From Octopus sinensis (Eukaryota), in assembly GCF_006345805.1 (NCBI RefSeq), contig NW_021834859.1:1-44995 (forward strand): a stretch of DNA of 44,995 nucleotides, written 5' to 3'. This document shows positions 12,505-25,949 of this stretch, piece by piece. Position 1 is the stretch's first letter. Every line of letters starts with the position of its first letter. A model generated the notes under the pieces. It saw only the letters and a list, made by a program, of their open reading frames with translations. It made no database searches and was not told the origin of the DNA. The position numbers were made by a program, and so were the translations under genes.

Positions 12505-12700
12505 AATGATGCTGAGAGCTATGCCAGCAGAGTACAAGCTCTTGGTAGGGCTTCCTATGCTGGACAGTCCAAAGGATAGAAGCCAGGCCTCTTCCCGGAG
12601 GTAGAAATAGGTTTGAATAGGGCTCGTAACCCTTCCTAGAATGAAGCAAAGATACAGAGGCATAGGTGACAATTCAAAGCGAACAAGACTTGGGAGAGGA
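12505..12700 (+). mobile_element. Degenerate 5' region of an RTE-clade LINE
   Basis: CTGAGAGCTATGCC...GGTAGGGCTTCCTATGCTGGACAG...AGGGCTCGTAACCCT resembles RTE 5' UTRs as recalled from memory. Confidence 0.5.
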
Positions 12701-13020
12701 AGGTTTTCCTCCCGGGGAAACACGTGCATTATAAGTCAAGTTCTGACCTGGACTTCATAAGAAAAGCGGAAGAAAGGACGCCCTGAAAATAGCTGGAGAT
12801 AGAATACTGAGGTGGAGATGGAAAAGTAGGAATCCAGCTGAAGAGAAGCAGAAAAGGCTATCTAGTGTCAATAACAGTAGGGAAAATTCGACTATGACCG
12901 ATGCTCCAAAGGGAGTTAACTGGGGTTGATATGAGCAACTTACACCTTTTCCCGAAGTAACTAATCCTGTGCCAAAATTTGAAACCATTGTTATTGCCGT
13001 CATTGTTGTTTTGTTATCGT

Positions 13021-13054
<34 letters not shown>

Positions 13055-13343
13055 GTTTCTGTATTTCCCGAGCTATTTTTCACTCACTGCACCGACTTAT
13101 GCAAATCTGCTGGTGTTGTTTCGCCTCAAGTTGACGCCAATGAATTTAAATTGAGATCATTGGCCATCTAACCATATTCGGTCTGTTTCCTTTTTGGAGG
13201 CAACATGTAACAAAGTCAAAGGGAAATGTTATGAGAGAGATCTGACTGCCATTTTGAGCAGTTTGGATACTACGTGGAAACACTCTGCTCAACCGAACGT
13301 GCTGCTTTGGGTTCCTGAGTTTTGTATGATGTTGTGGTTTGGT

Positions 13344-13661
13344 GAAGGCGCATGGCTCAGTGGTTAGAGCGTCGAGCTTACGATCGTGAGGTTGTGAGTT
13401 CGAATCCCGGACCGGGCTGCGTGTTGTGTTCTTGAGCAAGACACTTTATTTCACGTTGCTCCAGTTCACTCAGCTGAGTTGTGATGTCACAGGTGCAAAG
13501 CTGTATCGGCCTTTGCCTTTCCCTTGGTGGCGTGGAGAGGGGAGGTCGGTATGCATGGGCGACTGCTGGTCTTCCATAAACAACCTTGCCTAGACTTGTG
13601 CCTGGGAGGGTTACTTTCTAGGTGCAATCCCATGGTCTGTGTCGTGACCAAAGGGGGTCTC
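13344..13661 (+). mobile_element. SINE family B with target-site duplication
   Basis: Matches 6221-6561; 10-bp direct repeat TGTGGTTTGG at 13333-13342 and 13666-13675. Confidence 0.85.
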
Positions 13662-14472
13662 AGAATGTGGTTTGGGAAAATGAGAAGACGTGATTGTATG
13701 TTACACTCAATTTCCTATGTAAAGTACTTGTTTTGTTTCCTGTTCAGATAATTTGCTCCCTACTCCATTAAAATATTGACTAAGTGAACAGGGAAGATGT
13801 CCTTGGCTTTTGCATCATCACTATCAATCTCTAGTCGTTTACTGTCTCAAGTCCTAGGGCTCATAGGATTGCTTACTCGGTTTCCATAACATATAAGTGA
13901 CCGGGATCACAATATACCCATGTATAGGACCCCAGTCAGTCGCAGAGTTGCTCATATACGGCTTAGTGAACTGGAATAATGTGAAATGAAATGCTTTAGG
14001 AAGAACACAGCGCAATACAGCCCAGTCCAAGAAATGAAACCATGATGTTGCGATCGTGGATGCAACACCCTTATCACTAGTCTACATGTCTTCATCATGC
14101 CCTTTTCTGACCCTCGTATGATGGTGAGATTTATGCAGCTGATGTATAATCTGATCATACAGCGGAGGAGGTGGGGCAATGATTGTTCTAGAAAAAATGC
14201 GTATGGGTACGAAACCGGATGACTCGATTCGGAAGTTAAAATCATTGAAAGCATCGGAGATAATGCTAAACCCTTTTGCATATTACGTTTCATTCCCCTA
14301 TCCCCTTCACAAGAAGAAAACGAACAAATTATAAGAATTTCGTCGTAGTCAATTGTACTTCTATAGGTTTACAGTTATCACGTAGGTACTTTGAACTTCT
14401 TTTAAAACATTTTATTACATTTAAATTTCTACCTTACAATTACCTGTATTAGCATAGAATAATGGTTTTATA

Positions 14473-14864
14473 TCTCTCTATATATAAAGCTGAAGTTGTC
14501 TGTGTATGGTAGGTTTGGTAGCCTTCAACTAACACTATCTCCTCCGAGACCCTGCGGCGCAAGTTGACCAAAATTGAGAGTATGATAGAAGAAGGCTTGC
14601 TCTTCCTTCCTTAGAAGAAAAAATTGAAATCGGACCATGTTAACACCAAAAATTATTTACATCAAAAAGGTGCTTTTGTTCTATGAAAACCCCTATTTTT
14701 TACGATTTTTTGACTGCTGTGTCGCCACTTTTCGGTGTATTTCAGCCAGAAAAATGTTCACTTAAAGAGAATAACAAGCTACATAATGCAAAATTTTTAC
14801 TTTTCAAAAATGTCAATTCTAAAGGGTCGAAACAAACCCGAGCAACGCCGGGCGATACTGCTAG
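14473..14864 (+). mobile_element. Non-autonomous Helitron-like element (second family)
   Basis: A|TCTCTCTATATATAAAG start and CCCGAGCAACGCCGGGCGATACTGCTAG|T end; the interior differs from 6905-7301. Confidence 0.75.
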
Positions 14865-14939
14865 TTTTTTTTATATATATATATAATTAAGATCTAAACT
14901 GGTAATACATGAATGCGAAAGAGATAGTTGAATAACTAT

Positions 14940-14966
14940 AAACCTACTTTTGGACCACCCTGTATA
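14940..14966. mobile_element. Tc1/mariner-like terminal inverted repeat remnant
   Basis: CCTACTTTTGGACCACCCTG|TA, i.e. TA|CAGGGTGGTCCAAAAG on the other strand; only one end is seen. Confidence 0.45.
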
Positions 14967-15759
14967 CAGCAGTCACGTCTCGCCTTCATATTACGTTTTA
15001 CTGCCTCAAAAATCGAATAACACGTTAGACAATGTAGTTCTAGATATGCATAACTACAGGATAGATGGTCAAGGCTGGAACTCCTTTGATCATAAATTTA
15101 CTCAGTCAAGGTTGAACTGGGCTAAAGAACAGCTACAAAAACTGTGGTTCAGTTCATTTAAAATGGAATTATTACGTCATCGTTCATCCTTCCATGTACA
15201 ATGATATTTTATTTTTAGATATAACATTTTCCTTTCAACTGATTAGAATATAATAATTAGCAACCAGCTTTTATGTTAATGAGATTTCTATAAAAACTTT
15301 CGAAAACATCAATGATAATAAACTCATAAATTTTGGTGGTGGTGGTTGTGGTGTTTAACCCCAGGTTAACCCTGATTGATCTACCTTTGGATCGAAGATC
15401 TCCAGCTATGACCATCCCATTCTATTCCATCTTATTTTTGGTGTATATAAGACCTACCAATGTCTCTGGTTTGAGGGAATTTTGGCTGCTGTTTCTAGCA
15501 GATCAAGTGACCGCTTAGAAGCTTGTCTTATTGGCTCATTTTTGCTGTTGCTTAACCCCAAGCCAGTTTTCAGCACGTAGATCAAAGGTCAAATCTGCTC
15601 AGACGTGACCACAATCATTTCATTTTCAATCGTTTACTTTGGACTGCATCACTTAATCTGCTTTTCTTTGTTACTAAGATGCTAGAGGATACATTCGAGA
15701 AAAATATCGGATGCTATTTTTAGTAGATCGAGTGACAACGTACAGGTCTCCTTCATTGG

Positions 15760-15760
15760 C

Positions 15761-15842
<82 letters not shown>

Positions 15843-16140
15843 GGTGGTGGTGGTGGTGGTGGTTTTTGGAGTATGAGGATGCGGAAGATGGTGGTGGGGG
15901 TGTTGCTGTTGATGATGATGATGGAGGAGTAATGATGATGAAGATGATTGGGTGTGGATTGATGATGATGGTGATGAAAGTGCTGGTGATGTTGGTGGTT
16001 TTTTGGAGCATGAAGATGAGGAGGATAGTGGTGGGGTGTTCTTGGTAATGATGATGATGGCAGGATGATGATGGTGATGATGATGATGATTGGGGGAGAT
16101 TAATAATGATTATGATGTGGTGGGAGTGATGATGATGTTG
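15760..16140. repeat. Compound trinucleotide repeat (TTG)n-(GGT)n-(GAT)n
   Basis: Directly visible; source of the poly-Q/H/C/W artefact ORFs. Confidence 0.95.
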
Positions 16141-16804
16141 ACGTTCACTGTTTTGTTTTTCTTTTGTAATTTCTTATTCATTTTTTTCCTGGTAGACCAC
16201 TAACTCTCTCAGCAGAAGCACGTCTCTAAACTCATTAAGACAGACTAATTGCAATGATTGTTATCTTCACTGTAGATAAGTATTATCATGCAGATTTTGA
16301 TAAAGATTTTCAAATGAAAACGAGATATCATTTAAGTCTATTTCATTAATTCTTAAAACGTAATCAGGGCAGTAATTATAGAATGAATTCGGCGTTGCCT
16401 CTTATTTCCGACATTACAGATTTAGAGACAAGATGGCCTCCCTAATATCTCTAAAGTTTATTGCTTATCTAACAACAAGCTTATCTAGATACATCAAACA
16501 AGATCCATATGTAAGATCAATACTTCACACGGTATTTTTCATTCAAAAAAATAATCAAATAAAACTTCTGGATTTATCGGCTGCTTCCGTACATTTCTGT
16601 CTTCTGTTTCCGCCGTTTATTACTAACATAAGAAGTTCAGTAATTCAAGATGATTTCAAATAGCCAGAAGATTGTTGTGTCTATCACATGTACACCAGCT
16701 TCAATAAACTTTATCATCTTAACGATATTTCTTCCGGCTTTTTTATGTTCTGAGTTCAAATTCTGCCGAAGTTGACTTCAACCAAACAATTAGGATTGTC
16801 AAGG

Positions 16805-17345
16805 TTATGATGATTTCATTTATTTGCCACAAGGGCGAAGGATGAGGAAGACAATACAGAGACGGGCATAAAGTGTGGGCGTTGAATATAATAATGAAAT
16901 GATAACAAAAATAAAGTAAGATATAAAGTATACACGGTATACACTGGAAAAGAAGGGACATAGGGACAGCATGCAAAGGTAAAAAAAAAAGTGGCGGGGA
17001 GGATGAGATGCGGACCTCCTGATACAAGAACGCCTTTAGGGATAATCGAGGAACCCCACTGTTCGAGATTTCCCTGAAACCCTGGGAGCGAGTGCCCTCT
17101 CCAATTCCTTCTCTCCGACTCACAGGTCTACACTTAGAGAGGTACCCTCTACTCTTGCCATTTTCGCAGCTTTCACCCACCTTTCAATAAACTCACTCGA
17201 GAACAGCACTTCGCTCTCCACTCTCAGCTTCTTTTTCGAGTAAAACTTGAAGAAATCAATGAGAGCCCTTCCAAAGAGGAATGGATCTGTCCTCATGCTT
17301 TTCAGCCTTGTCCACCAAACCTCTTTCGCCACGGTCACCAATAAT
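16805..17345 (-). pseudogene. 5'-truncated L1/Tx1-type LINE 3' end
   Basis: ORF end VTVAKEVWWTRLKSMRTDPFLFGRALIDFFKFYSKKKLRVESEVLFSSEFIERWVKAAKMARVEGTSLSVDL* (17120-17341), then a 3' UTR, AATAAA and an (ATC)n tail. Confidence 0.65.
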
Positions 17346-17724
17346 AGAACCAGGGCATATGTTTATTGTTGGCGTATCTGGAGATGAAATGAAATAAAGT
17401 TAACACGTTAATCCTTTTACGAATCGTAATCTCAGCTTCCTATATCAATCAATGGATAAGAATCGAATTTCTTTTTCTTGACATAATATACCTTTAATCG
17501 CAGGCAACTTCCTTACAACAGACTGCCTCCGCTTCCATTAAGGCAAAGTAGGTATAATAAGTGAAAATAGAAGTGAATTTTATCACGTGATCTATAAGCC
17601 AGTTGTCCAATATCCTGTGCACTGGCCATTTCATCGTAAATGAAAGAAATCTCTCCACAAAGATCCTCTTTTACAAAAGGCAAGAAAGGAAGAAAAAACA
17701 GTTCCGTAAAAGCTGTGTATTAAC

Positions 17725-17959
17725 TTTTTATCATTTATTTGTTTTAGTCATTGGGTTACGACCATACTGGGGCACCGCCTTGAAGAGATTTAGACAAACA
17801 AATCGACCCCGGTGCTTATGTTTTGTTTATTTCTGTTTATTAAGAGTCTAGTGTTTATTCTATCGATCTCTTTCGCCGAAACACTTAAATTACAGAGACG
17901 TAAACAAACTGACGCCGGTTGTCAGGCGGTGGGGCAAAAGTTGACAAACACAGAAATAA

Positions 17960-17990
<31 letters not shown>

Positions 17991-18300
17991 TTTAGTCCCA
18001 TTGCGTGGCACCTTGGGCAAGTGTCTTCTACTATAGCCTCGGGCCGACCAAAGCCTTGTGAGTGGATTTGGTAGACAGAAACTGAAAAGAAGCCCGTCGT
18101 ATATATGCATATATATATATGTGTGTGTGTTTGTCCCCCCAACATCGCTTGACAACCGATGCTGGTGGATTCAGCAAAAGAGACCGATAGAATAAGTACT
18201 AGGCTTACAAAGAATAAGTCCTGGGGTCCATTTGCGCGACAAAAGGCGGTGCTCCAGTATGGCCGCAGTCAAATGACTGAAACAAGTAAAAGAGTAAAAA
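17725..18300. mobile_element. Inverted pair of SINE family A pieces (minus-strand tail 17725-17965; plus-strand copy 17988-18300)
   Basis: Family A motifs in opposite orientations. Confidence 0.8.
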
Positions 18301-19483
18301 GCATACATACATACGACTGGTTTCAATACAGTTTCTGCCTATTAAATTTACTCACAAAGATTTTGTCGACCCGAGACTAAACTTTCCCAAAGTGCCACGC
18401 TGTGGGAACGAACCTTAAAGCGCGTAGTTGCAAGTCGAGTTTCTTAACCGCACAGCCATGCTTGCATCTAGAGTGAGTGATCTAAAAGCTGGAAAATCTT
18501 CTATAAGATGTGAAAAGAAAAAAAAATTGCAAATTTTTTCATAACGTTATACTGTTGATAATTCATCCTGAATATAACATCGATTACACAACATTTTTAT
18601 ATCGAGATAATGCCGATACCACACGCTGTGGTTTCTTATTTTCCCTCCTAACGTTTTCCTAGAAAATCTGCTTTAAATTTACGTTTAGACATTTTGCAAT
18701 CACGCAGAGTCGTTGGCTTTAATGCACACGCTTATATTACTAACATTTTTATTGAATGGAAAATTATTGAACAGAACAGGAGTCGGTCGGTAACAAAGAG
18801 CTAAGATCTTTGTTGATAATTTCAATCAAATGCAGAACTAACTCTTAGGAAGAAGGTTTACATATTTTTTTTTTATTATGTTGCTAATATATTGTGTTTA
18901 AGGAATTGGAAACTATTATTATTATTTTTTTTTTTTTTTTTTTTTTTGCAAAAGGTAACTTGATATGTTCTGCTGCATAAACATTGATAATGTAACCACG
19001 TTCCCAAAATGATTCTAAGTCTAAAATAAATTTATAATACGATGAGATGGTTGTAGATGCTACATCCGCTGACCACGGATATCCTCTCTTTCCATTGAAT
19101 TTCATGCGGTAGTCACATCAATTGCACTCAAATTGCTACTATAGATCTTCATTTGTTTGTTTGTTGTTGTTTTTTTTTCTTGTTCGTTTGTTTGTTTGTT
19201 TGTTTTTTTGTACTTTATCGAATAAAATATACTGGATCTATTATGCTTACATTTCACGGAGATATTAATGGAGATTTTAACGGGAATGTTAAAAAGTTCC
19301 ATCAGCATTACCATTAGCAAAGGCGTAGTTTGCATTCAGGTTAGATATTCAGATTGGATAATAATATTCCTACATTGTACAGTAAGGATTGAAGAAATAT
19401 AGCAATCATTTACACCCACACACATATATATGTATGGAAATTTTATGTTGGATGATAGATAGATAGATAGATAGATGATAGAA

Positions 19484-19526
<43 letters not shown>

Positions 19527-19636
19527 TAGATCAAATAAAGTATTTGCACAATCGACCGGTTTCGCTTGTGCTAATCATGACCAAGAAGTTAGTGATGTTA
19601 CTATTCCATGCTATCGTAAGAAGTTTTTATTCCATG

Positions 19637-19707
<71 letters not shown>

Positions 19708-20804
19708 CACCTTTTTAGTATGCTTGTGATTATCTATTTTACTGGATAAACAACGGGGAAAACTGATATGTACATCATGTTCTATCTACACATTTCAGTC
19801 GTTAAACTGTGGCCAAATTAGAATACTGCCTTCAAGAGTTTTAGCCGAACAAACCGACCTTAGTGCTTATTATTTTATTTTCAGTTTGGTACATATTCTA
19901 TCGACCTCTTATGACGGGGACATAAATAGACCTACATCGGTTGTCAAGTGACGTTAAGATAAGCACAAACTTAAAGACATATACACAAACATATAAATAT
20001 GTAAATATAATTGTTCACAAGCAGAAATGAGAGAGCAAGTTGATTTATTACATCAATTTACAATTGTTTCATCGATTTTCAATCTCAAGAGAACTGATAT
20101 ATTATTATATGATATATTGATAACCTTGAGATTGAATATATATACATATGTGTGAGTGTGTGTGTATGTATACATATGTGCATGTATGTGTGCGTGTATA
20201 TGTGTGTGTGAGTGCATTTATGTGTGTGTGTTGGTCCCCTCCATCGCTTGACAACCGACGTTGGTGTGTTTACGTCTCCGTAACGTAGCAGTTCGGTACA
20301 GAGACCGATAGAGTAAGTACTAGGCTTACAAAGAAGAAGTCCTGGGGTCAATTGCTTCGACTAAAAACTCTTGAAGGCGATGCTGCAGCATGGCCACAGT
20401 CAAATGACTGTATATAAATACACACACACACACATAAATAAATGTTTAATGGTGTCTGTCTCTCTGTGTATGTTTGGGGTTACTCTAACTCCTCCCACAC
20501 CGTCCAACCGATTATAATGATTTTTGGCACAAAGGTAGATCCCCTGCCCTGAAGTTCAAATAAGGCCGGAATTTTTCGAAAACTTGATAATGTTTAGTTG
20601 GCATCGATTTTTGTGAGCTCAGTCGGGCTTTTGAATGGAAATTCCCATAATGATGTTATTCTTCCTGCAGCTTTTGCATTTTTTCACGTGTAAAATTTCA
20701 ACAAAACCGAAAGAAATGCTTATTCAATGCAAGGTCAGAGGTGGGCTTAACTTCAACACGGAAAACACAAGCAACGCCGGGTCCAACAGCTAGTGTATAT
20801 ATAT

Positions 20805-20854
<50 letters not shown>

Positions 20855-20886
20855 AAAAAAGGAGGAGATGTCGAACACGAGTGGTG

Positions 20887-21112
20887 ATATATAAAAAAGG
20901 AAATGAAGAAAATGCTGACAAATAATTGAAGTAATTTAAGTAATTTAATTAGGTGAAAGTTCTTTTTACCGGTTGCGCATTTGTTATGCTTATCAAAATA
21001 TTTTGATAAGCATAACAAATGCGCAACCGGTAAAAAGAACTTTCACCTAATTAAATTACTTAAATTACTTCAATTATTTGTCAGCATTTTCTTCATTTCC
21101 TTTTTTATATAT
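20887..21112. repeat. Perfect 226-bp palindrome with no spacer
   Basis: Arms are exact reverse complements centred on ...TCAAAAT|ATTTTGA... (20999/21000). Confidence 0.95.
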
Positions 21113-21122
21113 ATATATATAT

Positions 21123-21363
21123 ATACTAAGCAATTAAGGGTTTAGCAACGAAATGCCTTACCGCACACCGAATTTAGAAATAGCAGTCAAAGAGATTATA
21201 GCTATTTCTTCTACTAAAAGGGAGATCTCAGTAAAAACACATGCTGTGTTTTTACTGAGATCTCCCTTTTAGTAGAAGAAATAGCTATAATCTCTTTGAC
21301 TGCTATTTCTAAATTCGGTGTGCGGTAAGGCATTTCGTTGCTAAACCCTTAATTGCTTAGTAT
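21123..21363. repeat. 241-bp inverted repeat with 119-bp perfect arms and a 3-nt spacer
   Basis: Centre GTAAAAACACA-TGC-TGTGTTTTTAC; the arms match out to the ends. Confidence 0.95.
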
Positions 21364-22026
21364 TACTTAAATTTTCCTCGAATGAGGCTTTTACATGCCG
21401 AAGACTACTTGGTGTAATTGATAATTATTCCAAATTAATTAATTTCACCCTTAATTGTTACTGATATATATATATATACAACGGGTTTCCACACATTTTC
21501 TATTTTCGAAATTCTTTCACAAAGCGTTGGTTGGCCCGGGGCTATAGAAGAAGATACGTACCTAAGTTACCACAGGATTGTACGTGATCTTGAAGTACGT
21601 GACTGCAAAATGCTCTTCCTAACTACACCCCCATGCCTGCACCCATATATGAAAATACCCGCCTTTTGTATCAGTCTTACTGTTATCTATTTTACAGGTC
21701 AAGCGACGTTGTAAACATATGTTTTTTTATACGTTTGTACATATAATATTTAGTGGGTATTCTTCGAAAATGTAAAACTTTAACTTCCGCCTCACATGAC
21801 TCTTCTTCACTAACAGCATATGTGATTCATGGGTTGCTCTTTAGATTTACTCCGTATCGGCTTTCCAGTGGGTGAAACCATTAAAAGCTATCAGCAGTGA
21901 TTTCAAAACCCTCCCACTGTTATCTTTGTGTGTGGGTGCGTGTGTGTTAGATTAATTATGCGTTCATGATATCGAAGTGATGAAACAAGTACAAAAATGT
22001 GCTGCTATTAATACTTGCATTTATAA

Positions 22027-22677
22027 GGAGGCGAGGTGGCAGAAACGTTAGCACGCCGGGCGAAGTGCATAGCGGTATTTCGTTTGCCGTTATGTTCTGA
22101 GTTCAAATTCCGCCGAGGTCGACTTTGCCTTTCATCCTTTCTGGGTTGATAAATAAAGTACCAGTTACGCACTGGGGTCGATGTAATCGACTTAATACCT
22201 ATGTCTGTCCTTGTTTGTCCTCTCTGTGTTTAGCCCCTTGTGGGTAATAAAGAAATAGGTATTTCGTTTGCCGTTATGTTCTGAGTTCAAATTCCGCTGA
22301 GGTCGACTTTGCCTTTCATCCTTTCTGGGTTGATAAATAAAGTACCAGTTACGCACTGGGGTCGATGTAATCGACTTGATCCCTTTGTCTGTCCTTGTTT
22401 GTCCCCTCTATGTTTAGCCCCTTGTGGGTAATAAAGAAATAAATAAGGCGGTGAGCTGGCAGAAACGTTAGCACGCCGGGCGAAGTGCTTTGCGGTATTT
22501 CGTCTGCCGTTACGTTCTGAGTTCAAATTCCGCCGAGGTCGACTTTGCCTTTCATCCTTTCGGGGTCGATTAAATAAGTACCAGTTAATCACTGGGGTCA
22601 ATGTAATCGACTTGATCCCTTTGTCTGTCCTTGTTTGTCCCCTCTATGTTTAGCCCCTTGTGGGTAATAAAGAAATA
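22027..22677 (+). mobile_element. SINE family C tandem array (head + 2 bodies, then head + body)
   Basis: Head GGCGG(T)GAGCTGGCAGAAACGTTAGC...GAGTTCAAATTCC and body TTTGCCTTTCATCCTTTCGGGGTCGAT...AAGTACCAG; 184-bp unit (22074 to 22258). Confidence 0.85.
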
Positions 22678-23253
22678 TATTAATACTTGAATTTAGTTAA
22701 TTTTGGTTTAATTCATCAGTCAGTCGTAGAATACAGCTTCATCGCTTCCAGAGTCTTTACGTATTTGTTTGGAACTGGAAAATAACAGAAATTACGTTCG
22801 CAGCGAGCTTTTTTCTATTGACTTCTGTCGTCTTCCGATTCACTAGAAAATACGTGTCTTTTTGCTGACCAAAATCCATTATAATGTCACGTAGGGAAAC
22901 TGTTATTTGATTTCTTTGTGTCTTGGATCAGTCGAAGTTAGCGACATAAAAGTTGAGGCCATTAACAAACATACTGTGGACAAAGTTTATACTATCCTTG
23001 CTGTTCATTACTATTCAAATACATCCACTCTGGACTTGAATTTTTTTTAAACAGAAATGTGTCTGGTACCAAGACAGAAACGATTGAACAAAGTATTATA
23101 ATGCTCTTTCGGAATATTTTACGCTAAAATGGATTACTATGGTAATAGATAAAGTAGATAATATATACACAAATGTGTATACTTACTCAGACAGTTATAT
23201 CTTTATCATATACATGTGTGCTTGTATGCATTAATACATACATACATACATAT

Positions 23254-23302
<49 letters not shown>

Positions 23303-23541
23303 TCGTAAAAAAATGTCTATATAGGTGAGTGCGTGTATATATATATATACACGCATACACATAAAAATCACTTACATGTCATGCACATACACGTATACAC
23401 TTGAATTTTGAGACACCAAGTGTGACGATAGGTTGTGAATAAGTTCAAATGTCAAATGGTGTTTAAGCATAGGGCCCTGTCTATGAGAACTCGAGGACGT
23501 GTGATTCGAGAAGAATGTAAGTTTACACACCAAAAGTAAAT

Positions 23542-23656
<115 letters not shown>

Positions 23657-23993
23657 TGATAGAAATGGCAAGACAACAAAACGAAAGAGACCTTGATATT
23701 TTGTAAATAGAGGAATTTATCTGTTAAATATAATATGTGACAATCACTAGGTAGCCATGATAAAACTCCGATTTTCGGATGTCGGGGCGGAAAACCACGT
23801 CGGCATCTCTTCAGTTATCGGGCCATTTTCATAGCAATTTTTTCGATGGCCTGATAACTGAAGAAATGCTTGGCTATTTTCATTGCTTGTTACAAATCAT
23901 TTGAAATTATAATTATTTCCAATTCTCTTGAAATATGTACAATGGGTTTGACTTCGTTGATAACCGTAGTTTCGTTTCGTTTCTTCATTCTAG

Positions 23994-24138
23994 ACTCCAA
24001 TTCAGTGTACCCACGTGCTATGTCAAAACATCAAGCTTCTTCACCATTCTCGATGTGGACATGCGGACTAGTCATTCTGATACTTGTCTATACATCCGTC
24101 AGTAACGTGGATGCATTTTACTTACCAGAATATAGACT
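23994..24138 (+). CDS. Internal exon containing the start codon and signal peptide of an unidentified secreted or membrane protein (coding from 24020)
   Basis: Acceptor TTTCGTTTCTTCATTCTAG| and donor CT|GTAAGT. Encodes MSKHQASSPFSMWTCGLVILILVYTSVSNVDA-FYLPEYR(L), with a hydrophobic h-region and a V-x-A cleavage motif; ends in phase 2. Confidence 0.65.
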
Positions 24139-24258
24139 GTAAGTAATTTTTATATACCTTGCACTGTAGTCTGTTTGTGTGATTCTGTTTCCTTAACATG
24201 TTGTGCTATTGTTAAATGTTTTACTATAAATAATTTGTTTCCTACCGTTTTATTTTTA

Positions 24259-24785
24259 TCTCTCTATATATAAACGGCAGTTTGTCTGCCTGTGTGCCTG
24301 TGTGTCTGTCAGGTTGTACCCTCACCCTGACCACGGCTTTCAACCGATTCTGATGAAACTTGACACACACATAGCCCAATGTCATAATTCAAAACTAACG
24401 CAGCGAAAATTTTGAAAAGTTGCCCCAGTTCTGAAAAAAATCGATAATTCCGACATGGGGTCGAGAATCTAAGCTTTTTATTTGCAACACATTTTCTGTT
24501 GTAGTTTTCGCAACTTGCAATCGATTTTCACCAAACTCATGGTGAAGCTTAATGTTACCCTAAGAAACTTAATTCTGATGTTAGTTTTCCATGCAATACC
24601 TTACCATCACAAAAAAAAATCGATAAAATCATGCCATTTTGGGAAATCGCGTTCAAATTCAAGATGACATATTTTCGACAATATCTTTCACAAATTGGTA
24701 GGAATTTTTTTCTAAATTCACAGCGAGCATCATGTCTGCTCCAGGGGCTCTTACATACCCGGGAAATGCCTGGCTATGCTGCTAG
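24259..24785 (+). mobile_element. Non-autonomous Helitron-like element (third family)
   Basis: A|TCTCTCTATATATAAAC start and CCCGGGAAATGCCTGGC...GCTAG|T end. Confidence 0.7.
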
Positions 24786-24929
24786 TTTTTCTATAAACTG
24801 ATGTACCAACAGCATCCGTGTTCTGTGCAACAATGCCCTCAGATACAGCCTCCAAACACACACTTTCATACACTTACACACACACATACACACACAACAT
24901 GCATATATAAATCTATCTATCTCTCTCTT

Positions 24930-24967
<38 letters not shown>

Positions 24968-25019
24968 TCTCTCTCCACACACACACACACACACACAAAC
25001 ACACATATATATTCTTTTC

Positions 25020-25315
25020 TGCTCTAGAGACAAGGCCCGAAATTTATGGGGAGGGGGCCAGTCGATTAGATCAACCCCAGTACGCAACTGGTACTCGATT
25101 TATCGACCCTGAAAGAATGAAAGGCAAAGTCGACCTCGGTGGAATTTGAACTCAGAACGTAAAGGCAGACGAAATATCTATTTCTTTACTACCCACATGG
25201 AGCTAAACACAGAGAAGACAAACAAAGACAGACAAACGGATTAAGTCGATTATATCGATCCCAATGCATAACTGGTACTTAATTTATCGACCCCGAATGT
25301 ATGAAAGGCAAAGTC
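25020..25315 (-). mobile_element. SINE family C pieces (tandem, minus strand)
   Basis: GAAAGGCAAAGTCGACCTCGG(T)GGAATTTGAACTCAGAACGT is the reverse complement of the family C body. Confidence 0.8.
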
Positions 25316-25516
25316 GTTAATCTTTTAATTCTAGATGATGAAGACCATGGTTGTACATTGTTAAATCTAGCAAGCAAAAATTACAGCGTGTTCTTCACAG
25401 ACATACACACACATGTATGTATGTTTTTGTTTGTATGTATGCACGTATGTATGTATTATGTATGTATTATGTATGTATGTATGTATGTATGTATGTATGT
25501 ATGTATGTTTTGGAAG

Positions 25517-25893
25517 CACTCCATCGGTTACGACGAGGAGGGTTCCGGTTGATCCGAATCAACGGAACAGCCTGCTCGTGAAATTAACGTGTAAGTGGCT
25601 GAGCACTCCACAGACACGTGTACCCTTAACGTAGTTCTCGGGGATATTCAGCGTGACACAGAGAGTGACAAGGCCGGCCCCTTGAAATACAGGTACAACA
25701 GAAACAGGAAGTAAGAGTGAGAGAAAGTTGTGGTGAAAGAGTACAGCAGGGATCACCACCATCCCCTACCGGAGCCTCGTGGAGCTTTAGGTGTTTTCGC
25801 TCAATAAACACTCACAACGCCGGGTCTGGGAATCGAAACCGCGATCCTCTGACCGCGCCCGCTGTCCTAACCACTGGGCCATTGCGCCTCCAC
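25517..25893 (-). mobile_element. tRNA-derived SINE, family D, inserted in (TATG)n
   Basis: Minus-strand head GTGGAGGCGCAATGGCCCAGTGGTTAGG...GGTTTCGATTCCC; partial tail copy at about 29695-29790. Confidence 0.8.
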
Positions 25894-25949
25894 TGTATGT
25901 ATGTATGTATGTATGTATGTATGTATGTATGTATGTATGTATGTATGTA

